The notes under the pieces: model-generated | Databases searched by the model: none | Told to the model about the DNA's origin: nothing | What the model saw: the letters and a program-made list of their open reading frames with translations, nothing else | Assembly (NCBI GenBank): GCA_965198875.1 | Contig: CBDAPU010000001.1 | Location: forward strand, 1,840,167 to 1,904,166 | DNA length: 64,000 bases | Reading direction: 5' to 3' | DNA from: Gammaproteobacteria bacterium | GTDB taxonomy: Bacteria; Pseudomonadota; Gammaproteobacteria; Eutrophobiales; Eutrophobiaceae | Shown: piece by piece, positions 10,193 to 20,484 of the stretch | Layout of the letters: every line of letters begins with the position of its first letter | Position numbering within the stretch: position 1 is the first letter of the stretch | Position numbers and translations under genes: made by a program

Positions 10193-11353
10193 TTAACTCA
10201 ACCGCCGGAAAATACTCAAAATCGCTACATAAAAACAACACCGATGTTGGCTGGGAATGGGACACAGAAGACAGTCCGCCAAATGATTATTTTCATCCTC
10301 ACCGGACTCTAGCAATGCGTCATATTCTTTCTTTTGAGATGTCAGAGCGTGTTTGAGTTGTTCGATTTCTTTCTCGAAAAGCACCGGCAGATCATCATCA
10401 GATGAGCCGGATTCTTGGGTCTGGCGGCGCCGGAGTTCGGCAGCCATCTGTTTAACCTGCACAAATCCCGGCAGTCTTTGGAGTACACCACTGCCTGCAA
10501 CCGTGCGCCGGAGTACTTCATTGACAATAAAATACTGGAATGCTGCCGGACCGCCATTCGGCCAGTTCCGAATGCGCTCAGCAATACTAAGCGGATGTGC
10601 AAAACGCTGATCTGCATCGGGATCAAATTCGGGCCCGGAGATCAAGACCACATAGGCCGCTCCAGCAAGATCGTGGGCAAGTTTTTCGCTTGAAACCAAT
10701 TCACTGGCGGGGTCGCTGGAGTCCTCCGGTAGCGATATAACAACGACATCGGCTTCTCTGTCCGGCAAACGCAATAATTCGACTAACCGCTTAACCCCTG
10801 TTTCCGTATTGATAGTCCATGGTTTTAATGTCGTTCGGCGCCTGTCCAGTCGTGCATCGCATTGCCGAATCACCCCTCGGACAAAACCCGGTATTGAGCG
10901 ATTATAAGGAGGATTTTCGCCACCAATGGCGCACTGTATCCGGCTACCGAATAACACACAGCCACCGTCTTGCGGGACGCCAAGTGCTGTTTCCATTATC
11001 CATGATCGTCTTGCGACCTGGTTATCCTCATCATCAAAGCGCAGGCTCCAGTAACATGGGGTATCAAGCGCGATGCCCTCAACACGCCGTGTGCCGATCT
11101 CATCCGTGGAGAATGATTCTCCTGCCCATGCCTTGTCCGGCAGTTTGCCTACTCCCGGACGGTTTTCAACGAACCTCAGGATTGCATCACGAGCGGTTTC
11201 AAAAACGACCTGTTCGACCGCGCTATGCAAAGACAGATTGACTTGCGATACTCGCTTAACTGCGGGCAAGTGCTTGCTGATAGCTGGAAGATGGGAACGA
11301 AAAGCCACACCCATAGCGGTTTCCTGATTGTCCATTATGGTATCCCCGTCCAC
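10193..11353 (-). CDS. Hypothetical protein, probably C-terminally truncated (coiled coil then aberrant tail)
   Basis: 386-aa ORF; coiled coil EKEIEQLKHALTSQKKEYD followed by a Cys-rich tail that looks non-coding. Confidence 0.5.
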   Translation of the reverse strand: MDGDTIMDNQETAMGVAFRSHLPAISKHLPAVKRVSQVNLSLHSAVEQVVFETARDAILRFVENRPGVGKLPDKAWAGESFSTDEIGTRRVEGIALDTPCYWSLRFDDEDNQVARRSWIMETALGVPQDGGCVLFGSRIQCAIGGENPPYNRSIPGFVRGVIRQCDARLDRRRTTLKPWTINTETGVKRLVELLRLPDREADVVVISLPEDSSDPASELVSSEKLAHDLAGAAYVVLISGPEFDPDADQRFAHPLSIAERIRNWPNGGPAAFQYFIVNEVLRRTVAGSGVLQRLPGFVQVKQMAAELRRRQTQESGSSDDDLPVLFEKEIEQLKHALTSQKKEYDALLESGEDENNHLADCLLCPIPSQHRCCFYVAILSIFRRLS

Positions 11354-11670
11354 TCAGGCTGGTTGTTGATCATGTTGTGCAGGGCATCTATCATTTTGCG
11401 ACAAAAATGCACTTTTATGTCACAAAAATGTGCAAAAAATCATCTGAAAATGATCACTTTATGCCCAAAAATACCCTGAAAATGATCATTTTAATGCTGG
11501 TTAAAGGGGATTTAATTGGGTTTTAAGGCTATACTAAAGATACCTGCTGCGTAATAGTTTGGAAAATCGTCGCGGCCAACGGGGCTATCCTATCCTGGCA
11601 ATAGTGAAGCCGTATGCGGGGGTGCCAGGCATTGTGACCTGGATGGCGTCCCGCCATGCGGCATAATTCT

Positions 11671-12491
11671 TTACAGCTTGCCGTGGATAAGTTCTAGCTG
11701 TTTATTGTTTTGTAGATTTTCCACTAGCGACACCATCCCGCCGGTACGGACACTGTTAGTGTGCTTTCCCTTCCTCTCATAATTCACCCGAATCACAATT
11801 TTGCCGAGACGATCCTTCTCCCCCGCATCAAAGACATAGAGCAATGCCGGATCAGTTTTATCGAACAGCACGGCTTGCGGGTGTTCGATGTATTCAGATA
11901 GCTTTAGTATATCGGCTTTAGGGATGGCTTGGCCTCGCTTTTGCTTAGGAACTCTATTCATGTGTCGCAAGCCAATATCGGTCATGGTAATGGCGAGATT
12001 CTCAGGTTTCATACCCCTCTGCTCAAGGGCATCCACCACGGTCTTATCCAGGTAGCCCACCACCACCTGTTTGTTTTGTACCTGATAGTCCTCAGCCAGC
12101 ACATCCTGTGCCCAGCTTCTATAGGGTCGATGCAGATGGCGGGTGAAGCCAGGTAACTGTTCCAGGGCGGCGTCACGCAGGGCCTTGGGCAAGCTGGCGA
12201 GCCTTTGCCCGAACACGCTTTCCGGGGCCAGCCAGGCTTTGCCGACGTTGTAATCCCAGCCCACACCGATGCCTTTGGGCACAGCGCCATAGACTTCCCC
12301 GGTGCGGGCATTGATGCGCTCCGTCCTATGCAGAGGTGGGGCTTTACCGACCTGCCTGCCTTCCCGTTCTAGCTGCCTGTCGCTTAGGGTGCGTACTGTG
12401 CAGCGACAGCCGAAGCCATTCGGGGGGTAGTGGGTATCCCAGAAGGGGTCATCAAGGGCTAAGATGAGGCTATGCCAGGCGGCGTGGTCGG
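11671..12491 (-). pseudogene. 5'-truncated phage MuF (Mu gp30-like) head morphogenesis protein with putative RelE/PBECR-like RNase C-terminal domain
   Basis: Frame stays open upstream of ORF 12282: DHAAWHSLILALDDPFWDTHYPPNGFGCRC (MuF motif), then GWDYNVG; C-tip HPQAVLFD..LLYVF..KIVIRVN..NSVRTG. Confidence 0.8.
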
Positions 12492-13560
12492 CACCGCCCC
12501 GGACGCCGATGAGACGGCCTTTCCCTTAAACGAACCGGTACTGATTGCCGGTTCCCGCACGAAAGCCGCCAAACTGGACACGGCGGGTAACGGCCAGGGC
12601 ACTCTGCCGGCCGTCATGGACGCCATCTTCGATCAGATCGCCCCACTGATGGTGGTGGTGCGGGTAGAGGGTTCTGAGGATGTCGACACCCAGCAGTCCA
12701 ACCTTATCGGCACAGTCGATGCCGCCGGACGCTACACCGGCTTGCAGGCGCTGCTGGCCACCCAGAGCCAACTGGGGGTCAAACCCCGTATCTTAGGCTG
12801 CCCCGGCTTCTCACATCGTCCGGCCGTGGCCACCGAACTGGCGGCCATTGCCGAGAAACTGAAGGGCTTCGCCTATGCCGATGTGAATGCCGCGACCTCT
12901 GATGCGGCCGTTACCTATCGAGCGCAGTTTGGCCATCAACGCCTGATGCTGATCTGGCCGGGGTTTACCGTCTTTGACGTCAGCAGCGCCCGCTATGTCA
13001 ACCAACCAGCATCAGCAAGAGCACTGGGACTGAGAGCCAAGCTCGATAACGACATCGGCTGGCATAAGACCCTCAGCAACATTCCCATAAACGGGGTCGC
13101 CGGCTTAACCCATGATGTGGACTGGGACCTGCAAAACCCGGCCACCAAAGCCGGTTATCTCAATGCCAATGAGGTCACCACGCTGATTAATCACCAAGGA
13201 CATCGCTTCTGGGGCTCGCGCACCTGCTCAAGTGATCCCAAGTTCGCCTTTGAGAGTGCGGTACGCACGGGCGATGTCCTCGCCGAGACCATTGCCCGCT
13301 CGCATCTGTGGGCGGTGGACAAACCCATGTCCAACACCTTAATCGAAGACCTGATGGAAGGGGTGAACGCCACATTCCGCGAGCTCAAAGCCCAGGGCGC
13401 TATCGTGGGCGCCGAGTGCAGCCTCGACCCGGAGCTCAACAGCCAGAGCGCACTGCAAGCGGGCAAGCTGTGGCTGAACTACGACTACACCCCGGCGCCA
13501 CCCCTGGAGCAACTGAGCTTCCAGGCCCGCATCACCTGCAGTGCTAGCGGCTTGCTTTAA
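12481..13560 (+). pseudogene. Contractile phage tail sheath protein (P2 FI-like), missing N-terminus and normal C-terminus
   Basis: GVVGTAPDADE.AFPLNEPVLI, KPRILGCPG, GWHKTLSN, GHRFWGSRT, YDYTPAPPLEQL. Confidence 0.85.
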
Positions 13561-13739
13561 ATTATGCAGGGTTCTTTGTATGGATTGCTTCAAGGGCGGC
13601 AGCACCCATTGCTGGTAGTCACTTGGCTGGGTAGCGAGGGTGGCGGTCACTCTCGTGGCTAGGATGGCAGATGAGACCCCGGACAGGACGCCTGTCCAGT
13701 ATAATGTTAAGACCTTCAACGGCCGCCCGTGGCGTAAGA

Positions 13740-14376
13740 AAATTCATATCCTTCTTAACGTACGGATACCCCTGTCAGCCCTTTTCTTCTGCTGATAAAG
13801 GGCTCGGCGAGCGAGACCCCCGCCACCTGTGGCCCGATATCGGGCGCATCATCCGGCAAGTCAAAGCGCCCCTCGTCTTCCTTGAAATGTCGAAGGCCAT
13901 ATCCACATCGGCTTCGAGCAGGTCGCAGGCGACTTACGAAGCATGGGTTACCACATTGAGGCGGGACTCTTTGCAGTGGCTGAGGTCGGCAACGCATCTA
14001 CGCAAACGCCTGTTCCTATTGGCCTGTACCCACCGTGGTGCAGACAGGCACACCCCAGGTTCGGCGCATTGACGAGTCAATACGGCATACAAAGCGCCGT
14101 GGAGGTCTGGGCGTTGCTGTAGAAACTGATGAGAACAACAGGACTCAGACCCATGCCAGGCCGAGGAGCAATGACTGTTCCCGCCCGCTCCGTTTGACCT
14201 TAAACGATGGCAACAGACACTACGCCAATGTCCAGGCCTTAAACCCGCAATTCCTTGAAGCCATGATGGGCCGGCCTTTCGGATGGGCAGATCCTAACTC
14301 GCCGGTAACCGGGTTTGTAGCCTGGCGGCAACGTATGCGTTCAGCGCTCTACTCGCTCAAGCACACGCCAAAGTAG
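13740..14376 (+). pseudogene. Phage-type DNA (cytosine-5) methyltransferase remnant
   Basis: GYPCQPFSSA catalytic PC motif, DPRHLWP, H.RKRLFLL, LNPQFLEAMMG; frameshifted and deleted. Confidence 0.75.
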
Positions 14377-14879
14377 AGATGTAACTCTCGACATGCTGAA
14401 ACGATTTTCAAATGCCTGAAAATCACAGACCTCTATTTATCACGTTCTGAGGCAGAATTTATCATGCGCCATTACATCGTCTGGCAGTGATACGCTTTAC
14501 AAAACAACAGTGGTAGCAGGCCATAGTGCTGGCAAAAGAATCAACTTCGCTGGCGGCCAATATCGCACACTTGCAAAAGGCCAATGCCGATCCAATAAAA
14601 AAGGCGATGTTGAAAGTGAAGCATTGGTTCTCGGTCACTAAAGACAAGGCAATATCGCCAATGCTGATGGTTTCAACGGGCTTCCCTGCTTAAACGTTCG
14701 ACGCTTTGATGATGCCATATATTTGCGGCCTTTCAGGTCATGGCGGTTTATCAGTAGCCCGATTTATTCGAGCATGTCACAGGGGCAGACGATCACGACA
14801 ACGGCAAACCTGGCCCTTAAAAGCCAGGCAAATAGCGATTTATGGATCCCAAGAGTGGGGTGATGACAGGCTAAAATGA

Positions 14880-15430
14880 CTCTGCATGGTACTGCCAAGC
14901 CTTTGCTAGGAGGCCTGCTTTCTTCATGCCCGACTTTAATTCCAGTTGCTGTAGAGAGGCATTTTTTTAAGAGCAGGCTCTCCCGGATTGCAGGCAGAAA
15001 CGTTGCCTTGCGATCCCATCCTCAATGATTAACTCGTCGAGATCCACTCGCACTTGTGCCAACTAATCTTCTTCAGGTTCGAATGGTATTTCTGTGCGGG
15101 GCGAGAGCAGGGAAAGACGCAAATGTGCCTGCGGGTATTCATCTTCCATCAGTGGTTTGAAACATGGATCTTGAAATGCAGCCTTGCAGGCGCCGTCTAT
15201 CACGCTTTCAGCAAGGGGTGATGTACTCATACACCCACGTCATCTCTCGTCTATTTTTGAAGGTTATAACTATCGCCCGAGCCTGCTGTGTGCATGATGT
15301 GAAAGCGGTGGTAGTGACGGCGGACTGCATCTGCAAAGCACACTGGCAGGGATTTTTCCAGCACATGGACGTTGCAAATGCGGATCACAAGGCATCTATG
15401 GATAAAGTGCTAAAGGCATGTTACCGGTGG
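14880..15430 (-). pseudogene. AMMECR1 domain protein (AmmeMemoRadiSam protein A) remnant
   Basis: Pieced translation RGCMSTSPLAESVIDGACKAAFQDPCFKPL...LSLLSP..IPFEPEED*LAQVR...LIIEDG..KATFLPAIRESL...LQQLELKSGM matches the AMMECR1 pattern LRGCIG..AAF.DPRF..ATFLP; stops and frameshifts. Confidence 0.75.
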
Positions 15431-15582
15431 GTCTGCTTTGGGAGCAGTGTTATATCTCAAAAAAGAGACAACAGTGTGGTTCGAGATGAGCAACTTGTTG
15501 ATCCTTGGTGAAAATCATAACAGCAAAGAAATCGATGCCATGGTGACATGGTAATGCTGAAAAAATTGATCAGTCCATGCAC

Positions 15583-15611
15583 TTGAAAATCATTATGGGG
15601 CGCTGTAGTAT
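15583..15611 (+). promoter_or_regulatory. Sigma70 promoter of tRNA-Met
   Basis: TTGAAA (15583-88), 17-bp spacer, TAGTAT (15606-11), then GC-rich discriminator GCGCCG. Confidence 0.7.
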
Positions 15612-15623
15612 GCGCCGACTTGT

Positions 15624-15700
15624 TGCGGGGTGGAGCAGTCTGGCAGCTCGTCGGGCTCATAACCCGAAGGTCGCAGGTTCGAATCCTGCCCCCGCTACCA
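15624..15700 (+). tRNA. tRNA-Met(CAT), initiator type
   Basis: 77-nt cloverleaf TGCGGGGTGGAGCAG...CTCATAA...GGTTCGAATCC...CCCGCTACCA; three G-C pairs in anticodon stem, 1-72 mismatch, encoded CCA. Confidence 0.97.
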
Positions 15701-15994
15701 TGATTTTCCGTGCGTTTCAGCTCCCCAGCTTCGCGTTCGCTCTCCCTGCTCATAGGCAGTCCCGTTGAAAACGCATCGGCTTTAACTGGTATGCAGTAGC
15801 CGATTTTGAAAAACCAGCAGAAAAACTGGCGGGATGCTATTCCATGTCCTGGTTGTTTTTGCTGTATGCCTGTCATCGTTGCAAAGATTTTTGTCGTCCC
15901 CCTCGTAATTCTGACGTCAACCTTCTTAGCAATAAAATCAATGCTCTAAAGTAGCAATCACAATGGAGAGATTTATGAAACATGCCTCGGCAAA

Positions 15995-16300
15995 CGGCAA
16001 AGCGCGGGAACCTGGTTACATTTAGCGCACCCCGCATCTTGACGGAAGTGATGACTGAATTGACCGAGCTAAAACAGGGCAAAACTGTGCTCAAGCCATC
16101 CTGAGGAACAGACGGCTTTATTGACCGCCTTAAACAACCCGGATCCAGACGTGGTGGCAAGAAAGACCATCGCATGAACGTTGGGAAAGTCAACGACATG
16201 GTATCGCAGATGGATATCGAAGCCATCAAGGCCAGCGGTGACAATCTCGATATCAAAAAACCCCACCAGGCGGAAGCAGCATACCTGAAAACCCACCGTG
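15995..16300 (+). pseudogene. Heavily deleted type I R-M modification subunit (HsdM) remnant
   Basis: GNLVTFSAPRILTEVMTELTELKQGKTVLKPS*GTDGFI (cf. GEFYTPR...GETVLDPACGTGGFL) and IEAIKASGDNLDIKKPHQ (cf. HsdM C-terminus NLDIKNPH). Confidence 0.6.
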
Positions 16301-16542
16301 ATGATGATGATGACCATCCGACCGGGTGCGTCCTAAAGGGGCAGGGGAAGAATGGATTTTGCTCTTCCTCTATGGCGAGGTTGATAGCAGTGAATAAACA
16401 ACGACAACCTTGGTGAACAGAACTGCCTTGTTTGTAGAAGAGGTAGAGAAAAATCATCTCATCAGGCTGTGCTAAACAAACGCAGATGGATAATCCCCCA
16501 TCTATAAATTAAACTAATAACCATAACCCCGTGGATTAGCTG

Positions 16543-17424
16543 ATGAGCATAGCCGCTAAAGACAACACGCACTTCGATAATTCACTTAATGAGGCCATCG
16601 TCCGCGTTGATGCCGAGCATTATGCGGGCCGGCAATGCGCCCACTTCCAATGCAAACAGATTGAATTGCCCGGTGGTTTGATCATTTACGACATCATCAT
16701 CGACCCGGTGATCATAAAACGCCATGCCAACCATATTGTTGAAGATTCCGTGCATGATTATTTTCTCTCCACGCTGCTGGAAGGCACGGCACACATTGAA
16801 CAGGCGGGCAGAAAACACACCTTAAAGCGGGGCGATCTGGCCCTCATCGCCAGTGGCTTGCCCTACACCACGGAATATGAAGAGCCCAGTCGCCGCCTGA
16901 TAGTGCGCATTCCCAATCAGGTGTTCAGGGAGCGGCTGATTCATAGTGAGCAGATAGTGATAACCGGTACATTGCCCAGAGATGGTCTGGGCAGGATTGT
17001 GAATGAGCTGTTGAAGTCGGTGGCCTTTGAGGCTTCGGCCTTACCGTCGACCGATCAGTACACGCTGGTGCAAAGCCTGCTGGAATTAACGGCTGCCTTG
17101 ACCCGCTCATCATTGAAGCTGGTTCATCCTGCGCCCAGACACGCTGATCTGTTGAAGCGCATTCTCAATTATCTGGAAGCGCATTTTATGGACAGCGATC
17201 TCAATCCGGGCAAGATCGCTGCCGCTCACGGGATATCCACCCGTTACCTGCACAGCCTGTTCAGGCAATCCGGCACGACCGTGTTCAAATGGCTCTGGGA
17301 GCGGCGTCTTAAAGCAACGCGAAGCGAGGGGTTTAGCGCCCCCGCCCATTTCAGCCGCACCTTTCGTAAGCGCTTTGGGATCACGCCCACCCAATTAAGG
17401 GCCCGCACCGTCAACACGCATTGA
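16543..17424 (+). CDS. AraC family transcriptional regulator (FeaR-like ligand domain); second HTH appears shortened
   Basis: Cupin-like N-domain; IAAAHGISTRYLHSLF...GFSAPAHFSRTFRKRFGITP. Confidence 0.85.
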   Translation: MSIAAKDNTHFDNSLNEAIVRVDAEHYAGRQCAHFQCKQIELPGGLIIYDIIIDPVIIKRHANHIVEDSVHDYFLSTLLEGTAHIEQAGRKHTLKRGDLALIASGLPYTTEYEEPSRRLIVRIPNQVFRERLIHSEQIVITGTLPRDGLGRIVNELLKSVAFEASALPSTDQYTLVQSLLELTAALTRSSLKLVHPAPRHADLLKRILNYLEAHFMDSDLNPGKIAAAHGISTRYLHSLFRQSGTTVFKWLWERRLKATRSEGFSAPAHFSRTFRKRFGITPTQLRARTVNTH

Positions 17425-17623
17425 TTCTTCTCAAGTGAATTGGCTTCTTTTCATTGCCCATCATCTCATCTCCCGGCCAATGATTTTCATGCGCTTCCAG
17501 TCAATACCTTTGGCGTTAAAAGACAAGACAGATCGCCATCCGGCTACTATCATCTATACATGAACAAGGGGCGATTGCCCGCCCTTACAGACCATCCCGT
17601 GAACACATCGGAGAAGCCATAAA

Positions 17624-18712
17624 ATGAACACACCAGTCACCCCCAAAGTCGGGGTTATTTTCAAATCCTACGAGCCCTTATCCGCCATGCAACGCTACGC
17701 CCGCCAGGCCGAGGCGGTCAACATGACCGGCGGCTTCTGGGTCGCCGAGGCCTATCACTGGTTTCGCCAGTATGGCCTCGAGGCCCGCGGTTGTTTCACC
17801 ACCCTGGCGGCGATCAGCATGGCCACTGATACCATCCCCATTGGCCTTGGGATCACCTCGCCCTATATGCGTCATCCCACCATACAGGGCTCCGAAGCGG
17901 CCGCCATCGATGAGTTATGCGGCGGGCGTTTTATCATGGGTCTTGGTGTGGGCAAGGTCGGCATTGAATATCTGGAATACGACATTGATGTGATGAAACC
18001 GGTGCCTGTCCATGCCGAGTCCATGGACATCATGCGTAGAATTTTCAGTGGTGAGGCGTATCGCTATCAGGGTAAATTCTATGAATCCACCATGCCCGCC
18101 TATGATCGGGCGGCCGATGGCCTGCGTACCGACATTCCCATTTATGTGGGCGCCACCGGGCCCTTTATGCAAAAGCTCAGTGGTCGGGCAAGTGACGGCA
18201 TGTTACTGGCCGGGTTGACGTCACCGGCCTTTGTCAAGTATGCCCGCAAGAACATGAATGCCGGCGCCGAGAAGGCGGGGCGCAGCCTGCCCGCTGATTT
18301 TCCCGTAGGCGGGGTGATACTTTGCGCCTGCGCCAGGCAGGGTGATAAAGCCCGTGACGCCACCCGCTCTTACACTGGCACCTACATCGTCAACAAGATC
18401 CGCAACATCAAAAATGACGTCATCCTCGCCGGCTCCGGCTTGCCCGACTCCGCCTGGGCGCCGTTTCGAGCAGCGATCGAGGCGGGTACTCAGGATAACG
18501 TCACCCATCTGGTCACTGATGAGATGATGCGTAAGTTTACCGTCATCTCCGGCACGCCGGAGGAGTGTCTTGAGATCACCCAGGAGCTGATCGATGCCGG
18601 GCTGAACCTGCCGCTGCTGGAAGTGGTGGGCGCCAGCGAGGAAGACAACCTGGAGACCATCCGCCTGATGGGTGAAGAAGTGACGCCCCATCTTAAACCC
18701 GCCACCGTGTGA
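17624..18712 (+). CDS. LLM-class (luciferase-like/Mer-like) oxidoreductase, possibly F420-dependent
   Basis: WVAEAYH, IPIGLGITSPYMRHP, GRFIMGLGVG, IPIYVGATGP; fbiC in the same cluster. Confidence 0.85.
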   Translation: MNTPVTPKVGVIFKSYEPLSAMQRYARQAEAVNMTGGFWVAEAYHWFRQYGLEARGCFTTLAAISMATDTIPIGLGITSPYMRHPTIQGSEAAAIDELCGGRFIMGLGVGKVGIEYLEYDIDVMKPVPVHAESMDIMRRIFSGEAYRYQGKFYESTMPAYDRAADGLRTDIPIYVGATGPFMQKLSGRASDGMLLAGLTSPAFVKYARKNMNAGAEKAGRSLPADFPVGGVILCACARQGDKARDATRSYTGTYIVNKIRNIKNDVILAGSGLPDSAWAPFRAAIEAGTQDNVTHLVTDEMMRKFTVISGTPEECLEITQELIDAGLNLPLLEVVGASEEDNLETIRLMGEEVTPHLKPATV

Positions 18713-18724
18713 GGAACGAAAACC

Positions 18725-19672
18725 ATGAAATTAGCCACCTTTAAGATAAACGGGCAGGCTGCGCCCACCATCGGCGGCCTGGTTGCTGAGACCTACATCG
18801 ACCTGCACGGCTTATCGGGCGGTGCGTTGCCGAATGCAATGTCGGCCTTTTTGAGCGCTGGCGAGCAGGACCGGGCGAGGGACCTGCTGGCCGATGCGAA
18901 AGCCGCACTTCAGGGGCGGGAGCCCGCCTCGCTTGAGGCCGACGGCAGGCGTTACGCCTACCATGCCGATGAGATTGAACTCATGGCGCCAGTGCCGATG
19001 CCGGGCAAGATCATCCACACCGCCTGTAACTTTGACGCCCACCTGGATGAGCTCACCACCTGGAAAGACCCGGAGTGGGAGTCGCACAACTGGGGCGATT
19101 TTCATTTTGAACACCCCACCGGCTTTTTGCAGGCGCCGTCTTCCGTTTGCGCCCACAATGCTGGTGTGGCGGTGCCGAAATTCACCAGACAACTCGATTA
19201 TGAAATCGAAATTGCCATCGTGATCGGCAGGGAGGCGTATGAGGTCAGCGTTGATGAGGCGCCTCACTACGTGGCCGGCTATACGATCTTCAACGATCTC
19301 TCGGCGCGGGATATTCAGGGGCGCGAGCATTCGAACAAGGTGATCCTGATGGGCAAGAGCTTTAAGAACTCCTGTCCTCTGGGGCCCTGGTTGATCACGC
19401 CGGATGAGTTATCCGATCCGCATGATCTGGCCATGCGGCTCAAGGTGAATGGCGAGCTGCGCCAGGACTCCAATACGAAGATGATGCATTACAAAACCGC
19501 CGAGCTGGTGTCCTGGTGGTCATTGATGGGGCTGCAACCCGGCGATGTGATCACCAGCGGCAGCCCGCCCGGCGTCATCGCCGGTATGGAAAACCCGCGC
19601 TGGTTGCAAGCGGGCGATGTCATCGAGGCCAATGTGGCGGAGCTGGGTACGCTGGTGACGAGGATTGTGTAG
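18725..19672 (+). CDS. Fumarylacetoacetate hydrolase family protein
   Basis: LDYEIEIAIVIG, GYTIFNDLSARDIQ, GKSF..CPLGPW, PGDVITSGSPPG. Confidence 0.92.
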   Translation: MKLATFKINGQAAPTIGGLVAETYIDLHGLSGGALPNAMSAFLSAGEQDRARDLLADAKAALQGREPASLEADGRRYAYHADEIELMAPVPMPGKIIHTACNFDAHLDELTTWKDPEWESHNWGDFHFEHPTGFLQAPSSVCAHNAGVAVPKFTRQLDYEIEIAIVIGREAYEVSVDEAPHYVAGYTIFNDLSARDIQGREHSNKVILMGKSFKNSCPLGPWLITPDELSDPHDLAMRLKVNGELRQDSNTKMMHYKTAELVSWWSLMGLQPGDVITSGSPPGVIAGMENPRWLQAGDVIEANVAELGTLVTRIV

Positions 19673-19673
19673 G
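19617..19673 (+). repeat. 57-bp direct repeat copy 1 (3' end of FAH gene)
   Basis: ATGTCATCGAGGCCAATGTGGCGGAGCTGGGTACGCTGGTGACGAGGATTGTGTAGG; copy 2 at 21499-21555. Confidence 0.95.
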
Positions 19674-19717
19674 GGGTAGATAGGGTGCTCAGGTTAAAAC
19701 CAGAGGAAATACTACTA

Positions 19718-20484
19718 ATGAGCTATGAAAACCTGAATTTGAAAAAACCAATAGAATCCGAAGACTATGAAGAATGCTCGGATTTCGTCATAAGTTCTAT
19801 TGAGGGCATTATGCAAAATGCTATGGATAGCGGGGGGAACAGGATTGTCATTAACACGAATCTCAAATACGGCATCCCAATGGAAAATATAAATAAAATT
19901 GCCGGGCCTTTTGTCGAGGCATGGGTATATGAGATATTTACAGGGTGTCTTGAAGATAAAAGTAATAAATATCAACTGATTAATGTTGAAGCTGGTGAAC
20001 GTCTGAATATGGCAGACGTCATTTTGCAGTTTAAGAAAACCAGAAAAAGAAATTCCAGCGTCACTGGCCATGTTGATGTTAAGGCCACTTCAAAGGACAT
20101 TGAGAATAGTGGAAAGTCTCCAAATATTACTTCATTCGCTCGTATCCGCTCGGCCTATGTGACTGATCCGGATTATATATTCATCATCTTATCTATTAAA
20201 CACAGAGTATTCAGCACCAGGGATAATGCAACTGCAATGATGATGGGCGTTATGGAAGTAGTCGACTTAATGCTTATGATCTGAAGTACTTATCCGATTT
20301 CGATATTAACTACAATCCTGCATTGGGAACCGGGCAAATTCAAGTACGTGATATTCATTATATTTCAGTACAAAAAAGGAGTGCCTGGGAGTTTTGCAGA
20401 CTACTCGATAGAAAGTTTATTGCATCAAAAAAAGGTTATGAGCAATGGGCTGAATATGCAGAACAAAATGGGTGGATTAAGTAA
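19718..20484 (+). CDS. Type II restriction endonuclease, HpaI-like (GTTAAC), -1 frameshift at ~20267
   Basis: RIVINTNLK.G.P.ENINKIAGP..EAW...VDVKATS.DI..SGKSPNITSF.RIR; after restoring one T it continues FNAYDLKY..YNPALGTGQIQ, matching R.HpaI as recalled. Confidence 0.85.

Larger units (their letters stand above)
11400..14400. mobile_element. Scrambled prophage relic (Mu/P2-like myovirus genes)
   Basis: MuF, tail sheath and C5-MTase fragments are juxtaposed; no integrase or att site seen. Confidence 0.7.

Noticed and set aside
12472-13560. Functional tailocin/contractile injection system
   Set aside because: Sheath is truncated, and tube, baseplate and fibre genes are absent.
14640-14830. 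Heavy-metal P-type ATPase remnant (VVIVCPC; PVETISIGD)
   Set aside because: Motif order is reversed relative to the family and the matches are too short.
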